Position numbers and translations under genes: made by a program
Shown here: piece by piece, positions 1-10,378 of the stretch
Numbering within the stretch: the first letter of the stretch is position 1
Layout of the letters: each line of letters starts with the position of its first letter
The notes under the pieces: generated by a model
The model's input: only the letters and a program-made list of their open reading frames with translations
The model's database searches: none
What the model was told of the DNA's origin: nothing
Source: an uncultured virus (IMG/VR IMGVR_UViG_3300037067_017589)
Lineage: Duplodnaviria; Heunggongvirae; Uroviricota; Caudoviricetes
Strand: one strand, 5' to 3'
Length of the DNA stretch: 64,000 bases
Virus record (IMG/VR): IMGVR_UViG_3300037067_017589

Positions 1-325
1 AAAAATTTTTGCAAGATCTAAATCTTGGGAAACCAGCAATTTCTTTAGATTTAATTCTTCTGAAGAAGGATTTATAAGAATTATCTAATCTTAATGGAAC
101 TTGTTGTAAAACTTGGGAATGCATTTGGTTTAATATTGGATCTGATGATTTTAGGGAAATCAATTCTGTTTGTTGTTCTTTTCTTCCAATTTTTATATTT
201 TGTTTATAATTTTCTATACGTTGATTAAGGAAATAATTATATATCCAATTAAGTTTATTAGCATGAAGCCAAAATTTAGTTTGTTGTTCCTTGGAAGGAC
301 ATAATTTATATTGAAAAGTTAGCAT
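1..325 (-). CDS. tnpB: TnpB-family RNA-guided endonuclease, N-terminal part (runs off window start; not in ORF track)
   Basis: My translation from ATG at 325: MLTFQYKLCPSKEQQTKFWLHANKLNWIYNYFLNQRIENY...MHSQVLQQVPLRLDNSYKSFFRRIKSKEIAGFPRFRS. This is the IS605 OrfB N-terminal pattern (YKLxPxxEQ, SQVLQQ, F-F-R...G-F-P-R-F). Confidence 0.88.
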   Translation of the reverse strand, partial: MLTFQYKLCPSKEQQTKFWLHANKLNWIYNYFLNQRIENYKQNIKIGRKEQQTELISLKSSDPILNQMHSQVLQQVPLRLDNSYKSFFRRIKSKEIAGFPRFRSCKNF

Positions 326-377
326 AATTATTCTTGAAAAGATATTGGTTTATAATTTTTATCAAGTAATAGAGTTT

Positions 378-1091
378 TCATAATGGAATTTCATTCCAAT
401 TTCTAACAATTAATGTATATGGAATTTGAATTGATTCTTTAATAATATATCTATTTTCTAAATTTAAAGATTTTTCAATATTTTTTATATTTATAATTCT
501 TTTAATAGAATTTCTAATATCTTCATCTTTTGTTAAAGAGCTTTCATTACCAATACACAACCAATCTTTACGATCTCTTCTTGCAAACATTTCTAGTTTT
601 TTACCAAAAAATGGAAACATTATATCTAACATATTTTGCATATTTTCTGGTTTCTTAGAATGTTTCAATGATGGGTAAAGATGAACAGATCTTTGTGATT
701 TATTTTCAAGATATTGATAAACTTTTCCCCTTACACCTATTAAAGCTATTTCATGAGTTTGCCTAAACAACCTGCCCATTCCAAATGCTAATATACTATT
801 TATATTAAAAATATTTTTTAATGGTTCTTTTTTTGTTTTAACCCATATATGAGTTTGTTTAAATTCAAATCCCCAAGATTTCATTACTTCTAAACCTTGA
901 GGTAATAAAGATGAAGGAATCCACAATACTAAAATAGCATCGTCTTCTGAAATATCTTTAACATTAAGATTTTTTATATCTTCAATTGTCATTGTTGAAT
1001 AATTAGATGATGATCCTCTTTTAACAGAATTATGTTTTAATTGATCTGAAAAACTCCAAGGAGGATCTGATACTATAATATTGAATTTCAT
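378..1091 (-). CDS. MT-A70 family adenine methyltransferase
   Basis: IVSDPPW motif, YSTM, LVLW, WGF, HSKKP, KLEMFAR. Confidence 0.9.
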   Translation of the reverse strand: MKFNIIVSDPPWSFSDQLKHNSVKRGSSSNYSTMTIEDIKNLNVKDISEDDAILVLWIPSSLLPQGLEVMKSWGFEFKQTHIWVKTKKEPLKNIFNINSILAFGMGRLFRQTHEIALIGVRGKVYQYLENKSQRSVHLYPSLKHSKKPENMQNMLDIMFPFFGKKLEMFARRDRKDWLCIGNESSLTKDEDIRNSIKRIINIKNIEKSLNLENRYIIKESIQIPYTLIVRNWNEIPL

Positions 1092-1102
1092 TATTAAACT
1101 TT

Positions 1103-1450
1103 CTATATTTTTATATCTTTAATTTCATTTAAAACTTTATTAATTTTAGCAATATTTAATTTACTATTAAGTTCTGAATATTCTTTAAATTTTTCTATAT
1201 ATAAATTAAACAACTTAAAATTATGATGAAAATCACTTAAAGAATATTTAATTCTTGGTTTACCATGATCTTTATTAAGAGATTCTAATAATGTTTCTAT
1301 TGGTAAATAATTAAACCAATCAATTTCTGTTCCATCTTTGTTTTTTGGTACACAATATAATTTATATTCTTCATTAATGGCTGATAAATCAAGTTTTAAT
1401 TCATCAACTTTTTTCTGTAATTTTTTTATTTTATCGTTCTTCAACTTCAT
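1103..1450 (-). CDS. hypothetical protein
   Basis: 115 aa ORF packed in operon. Confidence 0.7.
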   Translation of the reverse strand: MKLKNDKIKKLQKKVDELKLDLSAINEEYKLYCVPKNKDGTEIDWFNYLPIETLLESLNKDHGKPRIKYSLSDFHHNFKLFNLYIEKFKEYSELNSKLNIAKINKVLNEIKDIKI

Positions 1451-1859
1451 AGCCTAGACTCCGTAGAAATTCTGCAGCATGTGTGCGAAAAGTTAATTTA
1501 CCACCACGTTCCCATGATAATAATGTATCTCCATCTTCAAGTCCAATCAAATCGAAAATACTTTTCCCACTTTCTTCAGATTGCTTTTCTAAATCAGTCT
1601 TAAATTCATCTAAACGTTTTAGATAATTTGCTACAAAATCTTGCCCTGCTTTCTTTGCTAATTCTTCATTTTTACCTGCAACTTTTTTAGCATTTATATA
1701 ATCCCAATAAATTTGCTCAGGTGATAACCATTCATGTTGAATTAAACAATCATACCCTTGTTCTTCTGATAAATTCTTTGGCTTAGATGAACAAATTGAA
1801 ATTTTTCTGCCTAATCCATGAACTTCTGGTTCAAAAAACGACGCTGTATAGATTTTCAT
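1431..1859 (-). CDS. hypothetical protein, possibly DUF488-like
   Basis: MKIYTASFF start, ISI..SKP, LSP, TLLSWE...FRTHAAEFL resemble DUF488-type proteins. Confidence 0.45.
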   Translation of the reverse strand: MKIYTASFFEPEVHGLGRKISICSSKPKNLSEEQGYDCLIQHEWLSPEQIYWDYINAKKVAGKNEELAKKAGQDFVANYLKRLDEFKTDLEKQSEESGKSIFDLIGLEDGDTLLSWERGGKLTFRTHAAEFLRSLGYEVEER

Positions 1860-1884
1860 AAATTATTCTCTTTATATTTTAATA

Positions 1885-2682
1885 TTATTTAGGTTCAATT
1901 TTATTTTTCTTTTTAAGATTAGCAAAAGATTCTAAAGGACGCAAGTTTTTTAGTGCCCAACACTTTTGAAAATTATATTCTTCCATTGAAATATATGGCA
2001 ATTTACTTTGAGGAATTATATGATCTATTTGCCATGTTCTTTTATTATTACTAATTCTACCATGGTTATCCCAAGTCATCCAATTTTCCCACTGTGATTC
2101 AATATGTTGTTTAAGTTCACTAATTGTATATGGAAGATATTGTAATATAGATTTCCCAAATTTAGATGAATCTTGTTTTTTAAGTGATATATTAATCATT
2201 CTAGAAATATTCATACGTAATTTGAAAATTGGATCTATTTTCCTACGTTGTTTTATATAATTTTTACTTTTTTCTAAAAGTTGTTTTTTATTATTAATGT
2301 AATATTCTTTATGATTTTCTGAATATTTATCTTTATTATTAATATAATGTTTTTTATATTTTTTTGAAATTTCATCTTTATTAGCAAAATAATAATTTTT
2401 ATGAATTTTTTTAATTTTCTCTTTATTATTAATACGATATTTTGTAGATTTTTCTGATATTTTATTTTTATTATTAATACGATATTCTTTAGCTTTTTTT
2501 AATATTTCATTTTTATTATTAATTTTATATTCTTTAGTTTTTTCTGATATTTTATTTTTATTATTAATTTTATATTCTTTTACACATTTTTTACACCAAC
2601 AATTTAATCCATCTTTTTTTAATTTACTTTTAGTGAATTCAAATTCATCTTTTTCAATTTTACATTTAGTGCATAATTTCAT
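1885..2682 (-). CDS. free-standing HNH-type (homing) endonuclease
   Basis: CTKC...CKKC zinc finger, KEYxINNK repeats, WQIDHIIP...CWALKNLRPL...N. Confidence 0.8.
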   Translation of the reverse strand: MKLCTKCKIEKDEFEFTKSKLKKDGLNCWCKKCVKEYKINNKNKISEKTKEYKINNKNEILKKAKEYRINNKNKISEKSTKYRINNKEKIKKIHKNYYFANKDEISKKYKKHYINNKDKYSENHKEYYINNKKQLLEKSKNYIKQRRKIDPIFKLRMNISRMINISLKKQDSSKFGKSILQYLPYTISELKQHIESQWENWMTWDNHGRISNNKRTWQIDHIIPQSKLPYISMEEYNFQKCWALKNLRPLESFANLKKKNKIEPK

Positions 2683-2786
2683 CGTATTTATTATAATAAT
2701 TTATTTTTAATTTTACCTATATTATTTTATTTTCTTATATATAAAATTTGACATGGTTATAACTTGCTTTTAGCATTATTAAAATA

Positions 2787-2811
2787 AAAGGTGGGGATTA
2801 ACCCCACCTTT
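2787..2811 (-). terminator. rho-independent terminator
   Basis: AAAGGTGGGG-attaa-CCCCACCTTT perfect 10-bp stem, U-rich tail on minus strand. Confidence 0.8.
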
Positions 2812-2902
2812 CAATACAATAGAAGAAATTATTCTAGACCTAGAAATATTTCTGGTTATCGAATTTATTCTTCAAATTATATCACCTTCTTTCTAAAAAC
2901 CA

Positions 2903-3550
2903 TTATTCTATTGATAATGGGCTTAATTCCACCGGTTTATCCGATGGATAGACTTCGATACTATGTGTATTATCTATTGATTTTTTACCACTTTCTGGTG
3001 GAAATCGTTTTGATACATGTACATCATATTTTCCTGGTGACAATGACATTAGCCATTTACCTTTTGTGTTAGTTCTAGTTTGATTAACCAGATCTCCATT
3101 TTCATCTAATACTTCTATATTAGCTAAAAATAATGGTGTTTTTCCATCAGTTAACAATTGAGATACAGAGGATTTAGATTCACTTATTTTTGGTCCTCTT
3201 TGTCCTCTTGCCGTACCTCTAACATTAGCTTCAATCATACCAGTTGAATTTGTAGAAGTTTCGACATTATTAACATCAATACCATTAGCTTTAGCAATTT
3301 CTGTAAATTTACTAGTTTTAACACGATCGTTAAAATTATCTTTATTAATTACTGTTATATTTTCTTGTTCTACTGTTTTATTTATAGGATAATCAACAGT
3401 TTTACCAAAAAAAGTATTTTGTCCATTAATTTTAGCTAATAATAATTTTAGTAAATTTTCACTATTTCTAACTCTATTAGAGAGTAAATTAATTTCACTT
3501 TCTAAATTTATCAGAATATCTGTTGCTGTTCTTTTATTTTCTTCTGACAT
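2903..3550 (-). CDS. hypothetical protein, N-terminal coiled coil and C-terminal prealbumin/carboxypeptidase-regulatory-like domain
   Basis: PLFLANIEVLD..G.LV..TRTNTKGKW...LSPGKYDV. Confidence 0.55.
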   Translation of the reverse strand: MSEENKRTATDILINLESEINLLSNRVRNSENLLKLLLAKINGQNTFFGKTVDYPINKTVEQENITVINKDNFNDRVKTSKFTEIAKANGIDVNNVETSTNSTGMIEANVRGTARGQRGPKISESKSSVSQLLTDGKTPLFLANIEVLDENGDLVNQTRTNTKGKWLMSLSPGKYDVHVSKRFPPESGKKSIDNTHSIEVYPSDKPVELSPLSIE

Positions 3551-3555
3551 ATTAA

Positions 3556-4482
3556 TTACTCTTTTAATATAATTCCGAAATCAATTGGAATTTTCTTTAA
3601 AAGGACTAAAGATGATAATTCTACATTACAATTTGTAATTAAATCATATATTAGTTCGATTATTTCTTTTTTTGAAGAAACAATTGAATGAAGTTTTTGA
3701 TTTTCATACAACATGTATTCTTCAATATCTTGTTCAGGTTCTGTTTGTTTTGTTTGTTCTTCAAGTAATTCTACTTGAGAATATTCATCATCTTCTGGAG
3801 TTAAAAATTCATATTTTTTAGCTTCAAATTCTATAAATAATTTTTCTATTGAAAGATTAAAAACATCTAAAAGGGCTGTATTTTTAGTTAAATTTTCTTG
3901 TTTTATTTTTACAGTTACATTAGAAAACCAACCTTCTTTTCCAAAGACTTTTTGTGATAATTCATTTAATTCTTCTAGATTATTTATTTTATTTAATTTA
4001 TTTATAATAATCTGTTCTGTTTCTAAAATATTTTTTTGAATATATTTTACTACTGAATTATCTTCTTTATTCATAATTTGACCTAAAGGATCTAAACCTT
4101 GCAAAGAATCGGTGTCAACAAATTCGGTATTATCAATAATATTTTCATCTAAGGCTGCAACACCTGTAACTTCCTTAGAATACCACGTGTTCTCTTTTTG
4201 TCCAACGGAAACAAAATTTGATTTTGGTGGAATAAATTTATCATCATCTTTGGATTGATTATTAGCCTTTATATTAATTGGTTCTGAACTAAGCTCTTCC
4301 ATTAATGGAACTAATTCTTTTTCTTTTCCTTTATTTACTTTTGGAAAACCAAATTCATCATGTAATAATGATTTTCCAGCTTGTGCTGGTTCTAAATCCA
4401 AGCGCTTCCATTCTGGAGTTCTAATTTTAACTGGAGTTGAGTCTAATTCAACATCCAATTCTTCATTATTATTTTCACTCAT
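3556..4482 (-). CDS. hypothetical acidic protein
   Basis: 308 aa ORF with GAGG RBS, overlaps neighbour. Confidence 0.75.
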   Translation of the reverse strand: MSENNNEELDVELDSTPVKIRTPEWKRLDLEPAQAGKSLLHDEFGFPKVNKGKEKELVPLMEELSSEPINIKANNQSKDDDKFIPPKSNFVSVGQKENTWYSKEVTGVAALDENIIDNTEFVDTDSLQGLDPLGQIMNKEDNSVVKYIQKNILETEQIIINKLNKINNLEELNELSQKVFGKEGWFSNVTVKIKQENLTKNTALLDVFNLSIEKLFIEFEAKKYEFLTPEDDEYSQVELLEEQTKQTEPEQDIEEYMLYENQKLHSIVSSKKEIIELIYDLITNCNVELSSLVLLKKIPIDFGIILKE

Positions 4483-4822
4483 CTATAACCTCAGATCGTC
4501 TTTCATCTTTTTGAATTTTACTATTTACCTTACGTTTTTGTCGACGGTCCCATTCTCCAGTTTTTATCATTTTTTCTTTCATATCATTTTGAAATCTACG
4601 TTCAATGGCTTCCCTTGTCTTACGACGTTTTCGAGCGCTTGGTTTTTCGTATGACATTTTTTCTTTAAGTTGTCCAACAATTCTTTCCTTTTGAAATAAA
4701 GCCTTAAATTTTCTTACAGCGTGCTCGAAATCTTCTCTGGAAGATCCTTCTACTACTACTTCAATTGGTCTAATTCTATTAAAATCAAATTCAGGAGGAC
4801 CATAATTTTTTGTATTAATCAT
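4475..4822 (-). CDS. rpsU: ribosomal protein bS21, extended at both ends
   Basis: VVV....DFEHAVRKFK...KERIV..LKEKMSYEKPSARKRRK matches the S21 signature. Confidence 0.85.
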   Translation of the reverse strand: MINTKNYGPPEFDFNRIRPIEVVVEGSSREDFEHAVRKFKALFQKERIVGQLKEKMSYEKPSARKRRKTREAIERRFQNDMKEKMIKTGEWDRRQKRKVNSKIQKDERRSEVIDE

Positions 4823-4824
4823 TT

Positions 4825-6138
4825 TTACATATCCCTTTCATCTTCAATTTCATCTGTTAAATCTCTCTGGTATTTAACAAAATCCGATTCTGCTACTTTT
4901 TTTTCTTGACTAACTTGCGTTAGTGATAATTTAACATCTGCAACACTTGGCGTTTCTCGACCATCAGCTAATGCGATAAATATACAATTAAAATAAAGTT
5001 CTTGCAAATGTGCATATGTAAAACCACTATTTACTGCTTTCTTTGAAAGACTAATTAATTTATCATTTGACAATATATCACCAAAATATTTAATTAAATA
5101 TTTATTTGTTTGTTCTAAATCAGGAAGAGGAAATTCAAAGAACTTGTCAAAACGTCGCGGACGACTCTTAATATTTTCTTCTAAATCGGAAAAATCATTT
5201 CCAGTTACAATTGTGAGTATTCCATTTCTTTTTTGAATTCCATCTAATAATTGTAAGAAATGTCTAATATCAATTGTTTTCATCAGTTCTTGTAAATCTT
5301 CAAAAAACAAAAGAGATGGTGCATGTTCTTCAGCATATGCAAAAGCTTCTTCTAATAATTCATCAGGAGATGGGTGACCAGGTTGAATTGTAACTGGTTT
5401 AAGTTGCGGATATTTAGCCATAATAATTTTTAATGCACTGGTTTTTCCTGTGCCTGGAGCACCCCAAATTCCTAAACCCATTTTCCACGGAACTTTAAGT
5501 CTATCATAAACATGTTTAGAACCTAAGAAACCTTCAATACTTTGAAGTAATTTGTTTTTTAATTCTTCTGGTAAAAACAAATCATCCCACGTCATATTAG
5601 GATCATAAGGAATAGAATTTCCACCAATAACTTCAATTTCTTGAGCCTCTCTATCTCTATTCTTTTGCCAAGCAACATAGTTGTTTCTAAATTTAACATA
5701 TTTATCAAATTCAGATTTTTTAACTATAACAAAAAAACTTACTTCATCTTCATTTTGATTTCCTTTATGAAATAAACTGCATTGATAAAACATCATATCA
5801 TTATTTTTTATTTCAAAAATTCCAATTCCAACAAAATGTTCATCATTATAATCACTATCCCATGAAGTAATAGCATCAGTATGAATTGATTTTACAGAAG
5901 TATTAGTTTCCTCAGAAAATTTTAAAAAAGATCCATCAATACTAATTTTATTATGAATAAAAACTTCCCATTGATCTTTTTCTATTGAAATAACTTTATT
6001 TTTTGACCATTGCATTAATTCAATTAAACTTTCTTTTGGACGGTATTTATTAAATACATAACCAGAAGAAATATTATTTAATCGTTCAGTTGTTAATGAT
6101 TCTTGTTTTGATAATTCTTTTTCTGAAAAAGTATTCAT
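4825..6138 (-). CDS. AAA+ ATPase
   Basis: WDDLFLP, Walker A GAPGTGKT, Walker B LLFFED, arginine finger SRPRRFD. Confidence 0.9.
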   Translation of the reverse strand: MNTFSEKELSKQESLTTERLNNISSGYVFNKYRPKESLIELMQWSKNKVISIEKDQWEVFIHNKISIDGSFLKFSEETNTSVKSIHTDAITSWDSDYNDEHFVGIGIFEIKNNDMMFYQCSLFHKGNQNEDEVSFFVIVKKSEFDKYVKFRNNYVAWQKNRDREAQEIEVIGGNSIPYDPNMTWDDLFLPEELKNKLLQSIEGFLGSKHVYDRLKVPWKMGLGIWGAPGTGKTSALKIIMAKYPQLKPVTIQPGHPSPDELLEEAFAYAEEHAPSLLFFEDLQELMKTIDIRHFLQLLDGIQKRNGILTIVTGNDFSDLEENIKSRPRRFDKFFEFPLPDLEQTNKYLIKYFGDILSNDKLISLSKKAVNSGFTYAHLQELYFNCIFIALADGRETPSVADVKLSLTQVSQEKKVAESDFVKYQRDLTDEIEDERDM

Positions 6139-6173
6139 TTGTTTTAATCTTTCTATGTTAGTGAATAAAATTT

Positions 6174-6368
6174 TTAAAATAACAGGTCGTTATTTTTACA
6201 TACCCGATTTTCCTTGACTTTATAATAATTTTTATTTTGAAAATAATTTGATGGATATTCAGATCCTAATAAAATCATTCGTAAACGTGGTAGTTTTCCT
6301 TTAATCATACAACTACGTTTAAATGCTCTTGGTTTATTAATTAATTTTTCTAATTCAATTTTATTCAT
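6174..6368 (-). CDS. small hypothetical protein
   Basis: 64 aa, ATGA overlap with topA stop. Confidence 0.5.
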   Translation of the reverse strand: MNKIELEKLINKPRAFKRSCMIKGKLPRLRMILLGSEYPSNYFQNKNYYKVKENRVCKNNDLLF

Positions 6369-8506
6369 TTTAACACTTTTTCAACTTTCTTAGAATAAGT
6401 TGGAGGTGTTATTTTTTCTGGATCTAACCAATTTAGTTTAGCATCTTCTGGAAGTTCCTCGACATGTTTGCAATTTGGGTAACCCATACAAGCTAATTTC
6501 ATCTTATCACCGAAAAGCGTTGCGTACAACTCTTCTCCGCAGTCTGAACACTTTTTTCCAAAAGGCATTTTTCTTTTACCAAAACATCTTGGATAATTAG
6601 AACACGAATAGAACGGTCCAAATTTTCCATCAGGTCTAGGTACCATAGGAGATCCACACTCAGGACAAATTATATTAGTATCTACTTTTGGTCCAACACT
6701 ACCCTTTACAGAAACAACACCATCGTTAATAATAATATTAATAATTCCATCACATCCACCTTTATATTTTATACAACCAGCAAAAAATCCGTATTTAGAT
6801 TTTCTTACAACAGTATTTCCACCACACTTTGGACAAGGTATTCCAGTAAGCATACCTTGAGATCCTCTTGCTTTTTGAAATTCACCTTTGAATTCATCAA
6901 AAAATTCGGTCATCATTGATAAATAATCAAGTTTGCCTTCAGCTATATCATCTAACTTTTTTTCCATATTTGCAGTATACATATAATCCATAAATGAAAA
7001 ATTATCTTTCAAATCATCAATTACACTAATACCTAATGATGTAGGTAAAAATCCTTTAATAGTACTGTTTACATATTTTCTAGTAGAAATACGTGAAATA
7101 ATAGCTGCATAAGTTGATGGTCTTCCAATTTCTTTTCTTTCTAATTCTGCAATTAAAGAAGCCTCAGTATATCTACCTGGTGGTTTAGTTTGACTTTTAT
7201 CAACTTTAATTTTTGGAGAAATAAGAATTACATTATCACCAACATTTAATTTTGGTAATACAATATCTTTATCTTTTGCAATGAAAGGTTTAGCAATTGC
7301 CAACCATCCTTCATCACGAAGTATTTTTCCTTCTGCTAATAAAACATGACTATTACTAGTTTCTATATTAATTTTTACAACATCAAAAATAGCAGAATTC
7401 ATTTGACTAGCAACAAACATACGCCAAATTAAATTGTATAACTTTTGTTGTTCTCCATCAACAGGTATTTTATCTGGATGTAGTAAAATATCTGTTGGTC
7501 TAATTGCTTCGTGTGCGTTTTGTGCTTGATCTTTATTTTTAAATTCATTAGGAGAATTTGGAAGTTTAAACCCTTTATTTAAAATATATTGACGCACTTT
7601 TTCTATAGATTCTATTGAATTGTGAACAGAATCTGTTCTAATATATGTAACATAACCTCCTTCATATAAACTTTGAGCTATAGACATTGTACGTTCAGCT
7701 TTAAATTTTAATTTATTAGAAGCTTCTTGTTGAAGCATAGAAGTTGTTAAAGGTGGAGGTGCTTTTCTAATGTTTTCTTTCTTATTGATACTTGAAATTG
7801 TATATATAGACGATTCAAGATCATTTTTAATTTTCGTTGCATCTTCTTCATTTGTTACTCTTTGAATATATTTACCAACAAATTTTTCTTCTTTGTCATT
7901 TTTTGTTAATGTAGCTGTAATATTATAATAAACATCTGGAATAAAAGCTTCAATTTCACGTTCACGATCTACAATCATTCTTAACGTTACTGATTGAACT
8001 CTTCCTGCGCTAAGTTTATCTCCAAGTTTTCTAGATAAATAAGGAGATACCATAAATCCTACAATTCTATCAAGAACTCGTCTAGCTTGTTGAGCATCAT
8101 ATAAATTATGATTAAAACCAATAGGATTTTCAATTCCTTTTAATATTGCGTTTTTTGTAATTTCATTAAATACAATTCGTTTAATTGGTTTTCCAAGATG
8201 TTCTAATTGCCCTGCGATATGATAAGCAATTGCTTCACCTTCTCTATCAGCATCTGATGCTACTAAAATTTCATCTGCAGTTTTAGCAGAATCAATTATA
8301 GCTTTAATCTTATCTTTTTTATCAGGCATTATTTCATATTTTGGTATAAATCCATTTTGAATATCTACTCCAATATCTCCACCACCAGATCCTTTAGATA
8401 AATCAATTATATGACCAACTGTAGGTCTAATAGTATAATCTGGTCCAAGTATTTTACTGATGGTTTTTACTTTACCAGGAGATTCTACAATAAATAGTTT
8501 ATTCAT
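6365..8506 (-). CDS. topA: type IA DNA topoisomerase
   Basis: Toprim IVESPGK, DADREGEAI, SAGRVQS, active-site YVTYIRTDS, AHEAIRPT, C-terminal C4 zinc ribbons. Start moved to MNKLFIVES (8506). Confidence 0.96.
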   Translation of the reverse strand: MNKLFIVESPGKVKTISKILGPDYTIRPTVGHIIDLSKGSGGGDIGVDIQNGFIPKYEIMPDKKDKIKAIIDSAKTADEILVASDADREGEAIAYHIAGQLEHLGKPIKRIVFNEITKNAILKGIENPIGFNHNLYDAQQARRVLDRIVGFMVSPYLSRKLGDKLSAGRVQSVTLRMIVDREREIEAFIPDVYYNITATLTKNDKEEKFVGKYIQRVTNEEDATKIKNDLESSIYTISSINKKENIRKAPPPLTTSMLQQEASNKLKFKAERTMSIAQSLYEGGYVTYIRTDSVHNSIESIEKVRQYILNKGFKLPNSPNEFKNKDQAQNAHEAIRPTDILLHPDKIPVDGEQQKLYNLIWRMFVASQMNSAIFDVVKINIETSNSHVLLAEGKILRDEGWLAIAKPFIAKDKDIVLPKLNVGDNVILISPKIKVDKSQTKPPGRYTEASLIAELERKEIGRPSTYAAIISRISTRKYVNSTIKGFLPTSLGISVIDDLKDNFSFMDYMYTANMEKKLDDIAEGKLDYLSMMTEFFDEFKGEFQKARGSQGMLTGIPCPKCGGNTVVRKSKYGFFAGCIKYKGGCDGIINIIINDGVVSVKGSVGPKVDTNIICPECGSPMVPRPDGKFGPFYSCSNYPRCFGKRKMPFGKKCSDCGEELYATLFGDKMKLACMGYPNCKHVEELPEDAKLNWLDPEKITPPTYSKKVEKVLK

Positions 8507-8580
8507 TTTTAACTTTCGTAAAACAACTTTATAAGTTATTCCTATACCACAAATCAACAAACTTAGCAAATAATTTATTT

Positions 8581-8730
8581 TTATTTTAATAAATCATTTA
8601 TTATTTTATCAATTCGTTCGGCAATATTATAATAATCTTGTGCTTTTTGTTTATTTTTGCACGAAAGAGCTTTTAACATACACTCTTCGTAAATACCTTG
8701 TAATAAATTAGAAGCATATTTAGTAAACAT
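8581..8730 (-). CDS. small hypothetical protein (49 aa; below ORF track cut-off)
   Basis: MFTKYASNLLQGIYEECMLKALSCKNKQKAQDYYNIAERIDKIINDLLK fills the gap exactly. Confidence 0.6.
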   Translation of the reverse strand: MFTKYASNLLQGIYEECMLKALSCKNKQKAQDYYNIAERIDKIINDLLK

Positions 8731-8733
8731 ACT

Positions 8734-9513
8734 TTAATATCCAATTATTGATTCTTTTACAAGTCTTTTATTTCCAATTTCAGCATAAAAACTAGTCATA
8801 GAATTTAATTCTAATACGCGAATTCTATTAATAGGAGAACAATCTAACATCATAAATTTACTATAAATAAAAGCTTTACCAGAAAAATCTCCATTATGTC
8901 CTGTTATAATGGTTTTTAACCATGGACTTTGGAATTTCCCTTCCTTAAATTTTTTAACATTAATGTAAACACTTCGATCTGAAGATAAAATCCTTGAATT
9001 TTGATTTTTTAAAGGAATATAAGGATCACACCCACCATGAACAAAAATATATTTATCATTTTCATAATATGGAATTAAATTATTAATAAAATTGATATGT
9101 TCTAATGGAATTAAACGTCCAATATCTTTTCTTTGAAATAAATAAGGATTTTGAATATCAAAATTATTTCTTTGTAAATACCCATATAAAGTTTTATCTC
9201 CACCAATTTTCATCCATTTGGTATAAATTTCAATTGGACAATATGAATTTAATACATCAAGCATAAAATATTCATGATTTCCTATTAAACAAATTATTTG
9301 TTCTTTTTTTTGTAAATCAATTAATAAATCTATAACTTTATCAGATTGAGTATTTTTATCAATATAATCACCAAGAAATAGAATTGTATCTGTATGTCCT
9401 CCAGTTTTCCTTAATGGAAGAATACGACTTAAAATTAATTGCAAAGGATCGTACATTCCATGTATATCTGAAATAACATAAAAACAATTTTCTGATGGGC
9501 GCCATTTACTCAT
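8734..9513 (-). CDS. Ser/Thr phosphatase-type metallophosphoesterase
   Basis: SDIHG, LGDYIDK, GNHE, FVHGG, ITGH. Confidence 0.9.
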   Translation of the reverse strand: MSKWRPSENCFYVISDIHGMYDPLQLILSRILPLRKTGGHTDTILFLGDYIDKNTQSDKVIDLLIDLQKKEQIICLIGNHEYFMLDVLNSYCPIEIYTKWMKIGGDKTLYGYLQRNNFDIQNPYLFQRKDIGRLIPLEHINFINNLIPYYENDKYIFVHGGCDPYIPLKNQNSRILSSDRSVYINVKKFKEGKFQSPWLKTIITGHNGDFSGKAFIYSKFMMLDCSPINRIRVLELNSMTSFYAEIGNKRLVKESIIGY

Positions 9514-9521
9514 AAAAATAC

Positions 9522-9548
9522 AAGGGAGGCTTTTAATACCTCCCCCTT
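9522..9548 (-). terminator. rho-independent terminator after Hsp20 pair
   Basis: GGGAGG...CCTCCC stem followed by TTGTATTTTT on minus strand. Confidence 0.65.
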
Positions 9549-9566
9549 CTCTAACTAATTTGAAAA

Positions 9567-9908
9567 TTATGTTATTGTAATTGATTTCTTTACTGAAAGT
9601 TGTTTCTCTTTATATGGAAGAGTTATAAACAAAATTCCATTCTCTAGTTTAGATGTAATATTATCAATATCTACTTTTTTACCAATTGCATAAGTTCTTT
9701 GCATAATTTTCTTAGTTTGTTTATTTTTAGCCTTAACTTGCAAATTTGAATTAGTGAATTCATCCTCAATATCAAGAGTTATTTCATCTTTGTTAAAACC
9801 TGTAACATCTATTACACAAACAGTATTATTTTCTTTATCTATAATTTTATTTATATCTGAATTATCCTCAATTAAAGGATAAAAATAATCTACTTTATAT
9901 TCCCACAT
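9567..9908 (-). CDS. small heat shock protein (Hsp20/alpha-crystallin)
   Basis: DVTGFNKDEI, VDIDNITSKLENGILFITLP. Confidence 0.88.
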   Translation of the reverse strand: MWEYKVDYFYPLIEDNSDINKIIDKENNTVCVIDVTGFNKDEITLDIEDEFTNSNLQVKAKNKQTKKIMQRTYAIGKKVDIDNITSKLENGILFITLPYKEKQLSVKKSITIT

Positions 9909-9925
9909 TATATTATCTCCTTTAA

Positions 9926-10378
9926 TTATAAAATTTTAATTTTCTTACATTCTTTTAGTTTTTTAGGCGCTGTAATTGTTAAAATGCCATTTTCTAAATT
10001 AGCTGAAATATTATTAATATCAACATCATTACCTAATAGGTAACTATCGGTAAAAGGTTTGATTGAAATAGGATATTCAAGGTCATTCTTCTTTTTACCT
10101 TTAATTATTAAAATTCCATCTTGTACATCTAAAGATATTTCTTCCTTGTGAAATCCTGGAATTTCTTTGGTAATTATATATTCATTTTTTGAATCATTAA
10201 CATTTTTCTTTGGTGAGGAAAATTTACAGTTTTCAAATCTTTTACCAGAGATATTATTTAATGGTAGTGTTGCTTCAATAGAAGGAATAATAGTATTCCA
10301 TTCAGAATATGTTATATTAGGATTTTTATAAGAAAATTTACAGTAAAATAGTGAATCTAAAAGTTTAGAAAAAACCAT
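9926..10378 (-). CDS. small heat shock protein (Hsp20/alpha-crystallin)
   Basis: EIPGFHKEEI, ISANLENGILTITAPK. ATG 10378 has a GGAG RBS. Confidence 0.9.
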   Translation of the reverse strand: MVFSKLLDSLFYCKFSYKNPNITYSEWNTIIPSIEATLPLNNISGKRFENCKFSSPKKNVNDSKNEYIITKEIPGFHKEEISLDVQDGILIIKGKKKNDLEYPISIKPFTDSYLLGNDVDINNISANLENGILTITAPKKLKECKKIKIL

